The notes: generated by a model not told the origin, from the letters alone. DNA of 64,000 bases from Macrostomum hystrix (GCA_950097015.1 CATNEN010000024.1:3596001-3660000), one strand, 5' to 3'; shown: positions 53,460 through 63,297, counted from the stretch's first letter. Program-made: numbers and translations.

Positions 53460-53680
53460 ATCCACGGGGATATGTCAAATTATCCATGTTTTGTCTCTTT
53501 TCTGTATCTCCCAAACTATTCAACCAATCGCCAGTCGGACGGCTTTGAAAGCTAGTTCATCGTAAAACTTTGATTCAGATGGTGGACTCTCACGAAAATC
53601 GGTCATTTGGTTTGGGAGCTGTCGTGACGTAGTCAGGGGGTATTCAAAATACCACACTGGTGTTTTTCTACTCTAATCTA
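53460..53680 (+). mobile_element. Helitron/Lep1-like dispersed repeat fragment
   Basis: GGTGGACTCTCACGAAAATCGGTCATTTGGTTTGGGAGCTGTCGTGA core. Confidence 0.55.
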
Positions 53681-53749
53681 CTAGGCTGAGTTAATAATCT
53701 ATTATATTTCTAAGAAAAGTCGATAATCCCCGACCGCAGTGCTCATTAC

Positions 53750-53993
53750 CTCGTTCATTCCCTGCACGTAGCCCTGTCCCGGATTGAGCTTGGTGTAGAG
53801 AAACAGCAGCCTCTCGCAGACCTCCCAGTGAGCCTCCTGGCCCTCAGGCAGGCGGAACATGTCCGAGTCGCGCCGCCTGGCCGGCCGGGCCAACAGGGCG
53901 TTAACGCCGAACTGGGTGCGGCCGAAGTTCTGCGCCTCCAGCAGGCCGGTCTCCACCCGATGCCGCAGTGATGCCTGACGACGACGCGGACAC
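53750..53993 (-). CDS. TBC1D13: TBC1D13 exon 3
   Basis: Acceptor CGACCAG (AG at 53995-53994). (R)CPRRRQASLRHRVETGLLEAQ...EAHWEVCERLLFLYTKLNPGQGYVQGMNE (Gln finger). Donor GTAATG at 53749. Confidence 0.92.
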
Positions 53994-54013
53994 CTGGTCG
54001 GATGTCGGGGAGG

Positions 54014-57000
54014 CTTGGCGATGGATCATGCCCACCTTCTGTGGTACCTAAGCGGGCATGCGCAAGCCTGGCAAAGAGGCCGAGATCCAGGGCGGCGGAG
54101 GGAACTCCGGCCGGGACCTTACTAGGACCGTCCCAGAGGAGAATCCGCAGCCGACAGAGTGGTCCTGGACTAACCACCCAGGACACCTCTCTAAACAACA
54201 AAATGGTGACGCGTCACACCGCACGCGGCAGGCCCGGTCAGGGCAAGGGCACCGGCAAGAGAGACGGAGACGAGAGAAGAGTGCGAGTTAGGGGTCAATG
54301 GAAACTGAGAACCATCGAGAAGAACCCAGGACCAAGGACAGAGCACGAGAAGAAAGCGAGAGAGAGAAGGCGGCGGCAAAGAAGAACGAAAAGGAGAGAA
54401 AGAAAATAACACGAAAAGACAAAAACAGCCCAAAAAGCCTGTAAAACAAAATAAAAATAGCAACTTGGAACGTGCAACGAGCGAATATTCGAAGTAGCAG
54501 ATTCGGAGAGATATTGAAAGCGGCAGCAGCAGAATGGAATGTCACACTAGTAACGCAACTAAACGAAGTCAACCAAGGGATCCGAACCTTCCGAACCGGA
54601 AAGACCGAAACAACACTAGCCTACTCGAACAGATTAGGGATCTTGCTGGACGAAGACAGTTCGACCCTGTGGAAAATTACTGGCCGCAAGCTCCAGACGG
54701 TCACGGTCGAAGTAGGAAACTTCATGCTCATGGCCATCTACCAACCAGCTAAAGGAGACGAGGACTACGAAATCAAGATCCAACTCATCCGCGACGAAAT
54801 CGCCAGGATACACAGAAAAGCCGGAACAAAGAGAGTCCTCATTGTTGGCGGCGATCTAAACGCATCGATTGGAAAATATATGGCAAAAACTTTCAGCAGC
54901 GCAGGCAAGTACGGCATCGGACGAACAAACCAACAAGGAAGAGACCTACTGACATGGCTAGAAGAGACCGGAACAGTATGGGCAAACTCTTTCTTCAATG
55001 AGAGACGAAGGGGCACATGGAAGAACCCCCACAGCAAACGCTGGTATGAATTGGACGGCTTTATCATCAAGAAGGAACTAAGGCACGTAATGGTGGAAAA
55101 TATATCTACGGATAACAATGAGAACGGATCGGATCAGAAACCTAAAGTCATGACTTTAAGAACGAAAGTAGAAAAGAGACTTCTGAAAAGAATTTACCAA
55201 AAACAGGACGCGCAGAGAGAGAAACAGAAAAAACGAAAATTGCATGGGACAGATTGAGAGACGAACACACCGCGAAGAGTTACAAAGAAAATCTCGCGGA
55301 GAAGATTGAAAAGAAAAGAAAGAATAGATCCGAACTAAAGTGGCCTGAATATGAGGGGTTGATGCGTGAGACAGCCCTGGAGGCCTGCGGAGAGAGACCA
55401 AAACAGACTAACCCGTGGATGCTAGGACACGAAAAAGAATTAACAAAACTAAATCAGGACATTGCAAACATCTTGAAAGAGAGAATTGAAACCCAGAGCA
55501 AAAGGAATAGCAGACGAAGAGAGCAAGAGCTGCAGCAGATTAAAGAGAAACTAGTAGGAAAGAGACGAGAAAAGAAACAGAAGCTGACAGAATAGGAAGA
55601 ACGATGGTGGAACGCGATCATCACAGAATGCAGAGAACATCATGCTAAAGGGAACATGGGGGCGATGTACGACTGCCTCAAGAAACTAGGACTGAGAGAA
55701 ACTTTCAACAATCAGTGAGAACGAAACACTGTTCTCAGCCGAAGAATTCAAAGAACACCTAGAAGTCATTCAGAAGGACCGTTTCGAGAACGTTCCAGAA
55801 GACGTAATGAGGAACGTCAAGAGCTGCCCAAAGCGGACACTGACACACGAAGAACTAGAAGAAGCCAACGAAGAACTCGGGAAAGAAATCGAGAAAAAAT
55901 AATTTGACGATGCGCTAAAACAAATGAGAGACGGAGCACCGGGACAGGACGGAATACGCCTGATCTACGTTAAGAAAGCAAATGAAGAAGTGAGGAACGC
56001 GTTGTTTATAGAAGTGAAGAAACTCTTCTCAACACCAGCAACGGCTTGGAGGGAGAGCGATCGAATAGGCCAAATTGTAGCGCTTTTTTAAAAGGAGACA
56101 GGAAGAACTTAAACAACTATAGAGGAGTGTGCCTGCTACCGTTCCTGAGCCGAGTCCTGGCACGCATCATCGCAAGCAGACTGAGGATCTGGTCTGAACG
56201 ACCTTAAGTTGCTAGATGAAAACCAAGCCGGTTTCAGGACGGGACGCTCCACCATGGACGCCACCCAGATCATGTGGAGACTACAAGAGGACGCCGACCA
56301 ATACAACCAATCACCAGACAAAGTAGATGCCGAAATGACATCACTGACGCTGCTTGACCTAAAAAATGCGTACCCACGGATAAACAAGCCGGCCCTCTGG
56401 GCCTCTGTTACACTATGAGATGCCACACCACATGGTACGCAAACTACAGGACATCCATGAACACACGGAGTGTCCTGGACATACATACCAGGACACAGCC
56501 TCCTGCCTCAAAGAAAGAACATCAAATCCATGGAAACAAAAACTATCAACCTGACCTCGTCGCTGTTTGCCGACGACACGACGGTCATCGGCAACAAAGA
56601 TGAGATCGATCTTGGAACGGCAACGACAAAGGAAACAAGGAACAGTTTTGAAGAGCGCACGAATGAAGAAAAAGAAGAGAGAACGATCCTAGGCACCGAA
56701 GAGAGCAGAAACATCAGAATGCTGGGAACTTGGCTAGGCAGAAAGGAAGACTTGCGTTGTGCGTTGGCGCTGGGGCGTTAGACCTTGCGGGGGGTGGCTG
56801 GGGGGCGGGTGTACACCGCCGCGCGCTCATCTGGATTTCCGTCAGCGCGATTGGATAAAGTGTACACTCGTCACCCGCCCCCCCTGAGGACTGATTTCTA
56901 TCAGCCTTCCGCCCTGGCTTGGTCTGCTCTGTGCGTGTGCGGGCCTGGGGTGAGAGGCACTCCGGCTGCCGCCCCCTTCCCCGCTTGGCTTGCTGCTGTG

Positions 57001-58266
57001 TGTGTGAGGTGCCTGCTCAGGGGAGGCGGCGCGATGGGCGGCTCTCGCCTAGTTCGACGGCCTGGGGGCATGCCGTTCCTGTGTTTGTGCGTCAAGTGCC
57101 CCAGGCCCCCCTGCAAAGTAAGTAAGGAAGACTTGCACCAGAGACTAGCCAGAGCAACTAAGGCGTGGTTTGTCATCAAAAAGAGGCTGAAGAACACCAG
57201 ACTGACGAAGAAAACGCAAGCGAGAGTGGTTGAGGCGTGCGTGGAGAGCACCTTACTGTTTAACGCAGGCGTCCACCCTTTCCTGAAATCCGAAATAAAA
57301 CAGATGCAGAAATGCATGGACAAAAAGTACAGATACATCTGGAGTAGTAAAACTGAGGAACCACTACGGGAATTGGAACGCAAAGGTACAAACATGGCGG
57401 ACGTCAGGATCGAACTAGGAGTTAAGACCATCGAGACAAAGATAACAACGGCCCATTGGAGACGCATGGGGCACATCCTACGGATGCCAAACGACAGACT
57501 GGCGAAAATATGCGTCCTAGGATGGGACAAGAAATTAGAAGAAGTGAGGAAGGCAAAAAGAGGAGACAAACTTTGTTGAGTTATTGGAAGAAACTAGTAA
57601 AGGAGAACGGAGTACAGCCACAAGACATTGAGGAGTATGTAATGGACAGAGAAAAGTGGAAGAACCTAACAAGGAGAGCAGAAATGAGACTTAAGAGAAA
57701 AGAAAGACAGGACAGCAACCTACACAACATAACAGAGCAAAACGACAGCGCTGAAGAAAGGATGACAGAAGAAGACGAAGAACGCCGACTAACATGCACA
57801 TTCGACGGTTGCGGAAAGCGCTGCCTATCAAAAGAAGGGCTGGCAATCCACCAAAAACGGATGCACCGCAAGGACCTGGACATCGCCATTCGCTGCAGGA
57901 AATGTAAGATTGAGTTAAATTTCCTTAAGTTGGCGAGGCCAACATCAAGAACCACGAGTAGACATGCCAAGGAGAAGAAACTAGAGGAGACAAGAAGCGC
58001 TGCCCGATTTGTGGAAGTTGGATCACAAAGACCAACATGGCTAGACACAGGAAGAAATGCACAACAACGAACGAAGACGAACGAGCTGCCGGAGGTGCCG
58101 CCGTAGGAAGGAAATACAGATGGAAGGAGGCAGAGTGCGAGGGATGTGGTAAGAAGATGGCTGCGACCAACCTGGCGAGACACAGAAAGAAGTGCCAAAA
58201 CTGACCGGACCGGCCCGACGCGGGGCGACGCGCCCATGCCGAAAGTCGACAAAAGGGCAAGAAGAA
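54014..58266 (+). mobile_element. Full-length but disabled RTE-type non-LTR retrotransposon (APE endonuclease, RT, C-terminal Zn fingers)
   Basis: APE motifs IATWNV, GDLNA, RGTWKNP; RT motifs ENQAGFR, LLDLKNAY, LFADD; C2H2/C2HC fingers; short 3' UTR with GAAGAA tail; 13-bp TSD GATGTCGGGGAGG at 54001-54013 and 58267-58279; several stops and frameshifts. Confidence 0.93.
56756..57123 (+). mobile_element. 368-bp GC-rich non-coding retro-insert nested in the LINE
   Basis: 13-bp TSD AAGGAAGACTTGC at 56743-56755 and 57124-57136; AAGTAAGT tail; removal restores LGRKEDLHQRLARATKAW. Confidence 0.9.
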
Positions 58267-58374
58267 GATGTCGGGGAGGGAGAGGGGATGAGCCAGTTGT
58301 TGCAGCCAAGTGTTTAAAGCATTAATTTTTTTCTCAAGGTCAGATCTTCATGCTCTTAAGTTCAGAAAAAAATC

Positions 58375-58452
58375 GTGACTTGGAGGGAGGAACGAACCAG
58401 CGACCATTGGAAAGTGAGGCAGCGACATTAGCCGCTGACCCACTCACCCCTA
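58375..58452 (-). mobile_element. tRNA-like SINE head fragment (family A-like)
   Basis: Reverse complement GGGGTGAGTGGGTCAGCGGCTAA...GGTTCGTTCC has A and B boxes. Confidence 0.55.
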
Positions 58453-59032
58453 TCTGAAGACGATGTTCCTAAAATAAATTCTTGAAATAAACGCTAGGCT
58501 TGCTGCCACCTTGGTCGAAAGGGTCGATTGTCTCGTGCCAAGAATAACCTTGTAGAGACTGTAATCTAAGTGTAACATTGTACCTCTCGCTCCTGTTAGA
58601 GCTTTCCAAGTCGCTCCGATGTCCTGGTCGGGTGGGCATTGTCCGACGACGCGGTCTGCGTTTTTATTTTTCAGGTGTCTCGTATTTATAGCCGTTCTGT
58701 ACCCCTCCCAGCCTGTCAGCGATTGCTATTGGCTGAGGCTAATACGAGCTCTCTAATTGGCTAGAATGAAGTCACAGACGGAATTACCGTGGGAAGGGCT
58801 TAAAAGTGGTCGAAAAACCGTGGAAAAACCATGGAATACCCGACCAACGGTTTTTCTAGCACAGATCGGCTCCAGATCGTCAGTTAGCCATTAGATGAGA
58901 CCGCACAGTGGCTATGGCTAACTAGTGACGAAAGAGAAGACAAACTGTTTCAAAGAGAAACAGTTTGTCTTCTCATCACAAGACTAGGGAATTCGAAAAA
59001 TTGGCTCCTCGCCTAATCCTTAAGCGACTCAC

Positions 59033-59425
59033 CTGCTGGCCTGTTGAAAGAAGTTCAAATCTGGGCACAGGCGGCGGCAGTCCTTGTCAATCTGTTGCAA
59101 TGTCTCGTTGTCTTCGAAGTGCTTCGCCCACTGACTGTCGGGATTCAGATTCAGCGGATGATCGCCGCCAGATCCGTCGCCACCCGCAGCTTGACGCTCC
59201 TCGTCTGGCTGCAAAATGACCTCCTCGACGTACTGGTCGTAAAGGGCGCGCATTTTGGACAGATGGGCTGGCCAGTCGGCCGGCCTGGGGTCCAGGTAGC
59301 CCAATAGTAGGCGCCAGGTGATGGCCCGATGGCTGCCGCACTCTGGACAGCCATTGAAGGCTTCATCGCGGAGACGATGCAGATCTAGGGGATCTTTGGA
59401 CAGGATGTTCTCGAAAATGGCAGCC
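59033..59425 (-). CDS. TBC1D13: TBC1D13 exon 2
   Basis: AAIFENIL...WRLLLGYL...DHPLNLNPDSQWAKHFEDNETLQQIDKDCRRLCPDLNFFQ (Arg finger) matches human TBC1D13. Acceptor TTTACAAG, donor GTGAGT at 59032. Confidence 0.95.
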
Positions 59426-59879
59426 CTTGTAAATAGGGCGGAGCAAAGAGAAGAAAATATAGTGACAAGCACACAAATTAGAGTTAGTTTTTCTCATTTT
59501 GTATAAAAATATGAACGATTATTACAGACGAAAAAGCTTTTATCATTCTATATTACATTAGCATTATATTAACTTTCTTCTTACATAACAAAGGAAAGAG
59601 AATTGTAAACCACTGGTAAAAGCTTCAGGTTTCTGACAAAAAAATTGTAGTTTGCAGCTATCTCAGTTTGGACAATTGTATATAACCTTTGGAAGTCTAA
59701 CTAAGTTTTGAAGGAATATCTATGGCTGTGCAATGTGTAATTTTTATTTCTATCGTAACAGAAAAAATGTTTTCCTAAAAGTGACACAAATGCTCAAATT
59801 ATCTATAAAAGAAACTATTTATAAGTTTAGGAACAGCATACCCACATGGACACAATAAACTTATCTGCAATGACTAAGG

Positions 59880-59987
59880 CCAGGTAGCCCAATACTAGGT
59901 GCCAGGTGATTTCCCAATGGCTGCTGCACTCTGGGCAGCCATTGAAGGCTTCATTGCACAAACAATGCAGATTTAGGGGATCTTTGG
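59880..59987 (-). pseudogene. Decayed 108-bp duplicate of part of TBC1D13 exon 2 (59292-59399) in intron 1
   Basis: Gap-free alignment with about 14 substitutions. Confidence 0.9.
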
Positions 59988-60977
59988 CCTATATTGGAGT
60001 CTATATTGACACTTTTATGTAAATAAGGAATTTATTAAATATGTGTTGCAAATAATAAAAAAACTTGCAGCATAGAAAATAAACAATTTACGAGTATGCA
60101 TTATAAAATCCAATATCCAATACAAAAAACAACTGCTACTACTGAATTATGAAAATTTGCTATCATGCAACTTTACATTTAGATAATAGCTTTTTAAAAA
60201 ATATAATTAGAAAAGCAAAGGAAAAAGGAATATGTAAATAATTTATTTTTTATATATTATTTTTCTTAGGAGTTTCAAATAATTACAAAGTTATTCACTT
60301 AGTTATTATTTTCTTTGATTTTTTATTAAAAACAATAGAAGCAAAAATATACCCCAAAAATCTACAAAGAGAACAGAAACAGGATAAAAAAACTAACAAA
60401 AATAGCCTAATGATAAATGACTAGGAAGTAGTTATAGCTAACTAGCTATAGCTAAATTAGTAAACTATCTAGAAGACTTTTAAAATATAGCTAGGCCTAG
60501 ACAAAAAATGTTTGAATTTTAGACATCTAGTCTCAAAAGCCAATACCTAAATAAAACCAACAGCATCAATGTAAAAGAAATAGAAATTAAATATCTGTCC
60601 ATATGACTTGCAAGCTAGCTGCTTAAAGTAAATCATTTGAAGCCATCCAATAAAGCAATCAATTATACTAAATTATAATACTCTAGAGCAACACCTATTG
60701 TTATTTCACAAGAAAAAACAACATAGCTAGAAAATTACACAAAGATACAAAAACATGTATGAGAAATATAAAAAAGGTAAGACATAAAAATAAAAAAATC
60801 AATTAATATTAATAATAATATTAATAAAAGTAGTGAAATTATTATTTATATTAAAAAACAAAGATATAAAAAAAACATACACAAAGTCGACAAAATTTAA
60901 TATCTTATGGTCTTATTGCATATTACATACAGAAAAAATTAAAACAATAAAGTGCATGTAATGATGTAGAAATTTAC

Positions 60978-60988
60978 CTTAACTCCAT
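60978..60988 (-). CDS. TBC1D13: Candidate TBC1D13 11-nt first coding exon (ATG GAG TTA AG)
   Basis: ATG plus donor GTAAAT in phase 2, matching exon 2. Gives MELRAAIF..., analogous to the short first coding segment of human TBC1D13. The total CDS becomes 1284 nt. Confidence 0.6.
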
Positions 60989-61927
60989 AATTAAGTAACA
61001 GATAATTTTCAGTCAATTGATAGTTATGACGGAAAAAGTTCAGTAATTTTTTTTATTTAAATAGCAATTTAAAAAAGCACAGACTAGGACACAAGACTAT
61101 GAGAGACTTTATGGATTAACTAAATCGAGAAAATTTGCCTGAAATTATTTTTTATTAACTAAAAGCTATTTCTCGTTATAGAAACGTGAATATTACATTT
61201 CCAGGAAACGGGTGAATTCAAAATGACGCGATCGATGTAATGAAACGTGTTTAATATGAAAACCTGCTGTTACACACATGATTAATGAGACTCATATTGA
61301 AACTAAAAACATTTTCATCACATCTTACCTTATATCATAGTTTCGTGTAAAATTTAAAGGAAAGATTTAAACAGGTTTTCGGATAACTGAACAAGTCTTA
61401 TTAAAAAGCTTTCAATTAGAATGGAGCTGCACTTTTATTTTTTGTTTGGTATCTCTGTTTTTAGCATCTAGCGGCATAACATGCTCATGACTCAAATTGC
61501 AAGTTAAAGTTCTTGATGCATTGAGTTTCGTGAAATTCTTAACTAGCACTAAAGAACTAGTGCATAAAATATCAGAACAGTTGTCCTGACTTTATCGTAC
61601 TATACTTTAAAGTTGAAATATTTTAATCCATGTGTTTATAACATACGATGCATTACTTTTCGAGGCTATTGAAAACAAAACAAACTACATAGACTCGTAC
61701 ATGTTACACTTATCGTGATTATGTTTGTACGCTTGTGAGTAAATTTAAATGCCAATTAGAATTATGAAAAAGTCATACTTAAATATGGTAGCATAGAATA
61801 TATTTAAAAGCATGACAAAAGGCATGATTACTGACAGTACCTCATCATCAATAAGCAAGCTGTACAACTTGCAACAGCATATACAAGCTAATTTTTTAAA
61901 TTAATTGTTATGTTTTGCTAATCCTAA

Positions 61928-62110
61928 TTAGTCATCCGACATAGGCGGCAATGGTAGGTCGGCCCCCTCAATGCGGCGCAGGCAATGCTGATAGCACATT
62001 CTTTCAACTTTTTCAACGCTCTGGCGCATTACCTCTAGCTTGCCAGCAAAGTCTTTTGGGAACCAATCCGGACCGCGCTCAGGAACCGTTTCGCAGCAGC
62101 CAAGAAGTTC
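61928..62110 (-). CDS. TSNAX: TRAX last exon (missing from the ORF track)
   Basis: Acceptor TTTTTTGTCTAG; ELLGCCE...FAGKLEVMRQSVEKVERMCYQHCLRRIEG...SDD* matches human KKLYTLKQSLAKVENACY. Confidence 0.9.
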   Translation of the reverse strand, partial: ELLGCCETVPERGPDWFPKDFAGKLEVMRQSVEKVERMCYQHCLRRIEGADLPLPPMSDD

Positions 62111-62174
62111 CTAGACAAAAAAAATACAAGTGGCGCTAGTTTAAGTAGCTTCTGTTTTTGCCACGGGAGGGATA

Positions 62175-62780
62175 TTAGACTGACAGGAACATTGAGAGAA
62201 ATAGAGACAGAAATGACAGAAATAGAGAGGGATATCAGAACTGACAGGAACAGTGAGGGATATCAGAACTGACAGGAACAGTGAGGGATATCAGAACTGA
62301 CAGGAACATTGAGGGATATCAGAACTGACAGGAATAGAGAGGGATATCAGAACTGACAGGAATAGAGAGGGATATCAGAACTGACAGGAACAGTGAGGGA
62401 TATCAGAACTGACAGGAACAGTGAGGGATATCAGAACTGACAGGAACAGTGAGGGATATCAGAACTGACAGGAACATTGAGGGATATCAGAACTGACAGG
62501 AATAGAGAGGGATATCAGAACTGACAAGAACAGTGAGGGATATCAGAACTGACAGGAACATTGAGGGATATCAGAACTGACAGAAATAGAGAGGGATATC
62601 AAAACTGACAGGAATAGAGAGGGATATCAGAACTGATAGGAATGGGGAGGGATATCAGAACTGATAGGAACAGTGAGGGATATCAGAACTGACAGGAACA
62701 GTGAGGGATATCAGAACTGACAGGAACAGTGGGGATATCAGAACTGATAGGAACGGGGAGGGATATCAGAGCTGACAGGA
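62175..62780. repeat. 28-bp minisatellite filling a TRAX intron
   Basis: Unit GAGGGATATCAGAACTGACAGGAACAGT. Confidence 0.95.
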
Positions 62781-62814
62781 GCGAATAAATTGTGTGAAAA
62801 AGTATTATTTTTAC

Positions 62815-63297
62815 CTGTAGAAATGCCAGCACTTTCTCCGGTGTATCCATGTCAGACTTGGCGCCGGCATTAAGCGCCAAGCGCATTAATTCGCCGCTCA
62901 AATCGCACACGCCAAGTAGATAATCGAACGGCGACACCAGCAGGTTGGACGGCAGGCGGGTGCGCAGATTGGCTAGACTCAGCAGGCGTCCACTGGACAG
63001 GAACTCCTGGAATGTCATGGCTTCAATGAGCTCCTGCAGGCCCAGACAATAAGCCCGCCTGTACTCCCATTTGTCCTGACCGGCCAACTCGGTGCTGATT
63101 GGCCGCAGCTTGGCAGCAATGAGCTTCTCCAAGCGCTGCGAGGCTTCAGCCAGCACGTCCGAGCGTTCAGCTTCGGTGGCTCCGGCAACGCGGTGCAGTG
63201 TGAAGATCACGCGCTTACTCTCCGTTGTGATGTCGCGAGATAGCTTCACTATGCGCTCTCGCCTGTCCTGCTTGGCATCTAGGCGTTCTTTAAACAC
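62815..63297 (-). CDS. TSNAX: Translin-associated factor X (TRAX, C3PO RNase subunit), main exon
   Basis: ERIVKLSRDITTESKRVIFTLHR, GLQELIEA, DYLLGVCDLSGELMR. The acidic catalytic residues (QExxE, DLxGE) are intact. Phase 0 at both ends, 483 nt. Confidence 0.95.

Noticed and set aside
56883-56905. Hammerhead in the nested insert (CTGAGGA plus CTGAT/ATCAG stem)
   Set aside because: No GAAA follows the stem.
56785-57579. 264-aa ORF as an independent gene
   Set aside because: It is a chimera of the non-coding insert (insert plus TSD is 381 bp, a multiple of 3) and the LINE RT C-terminal region.
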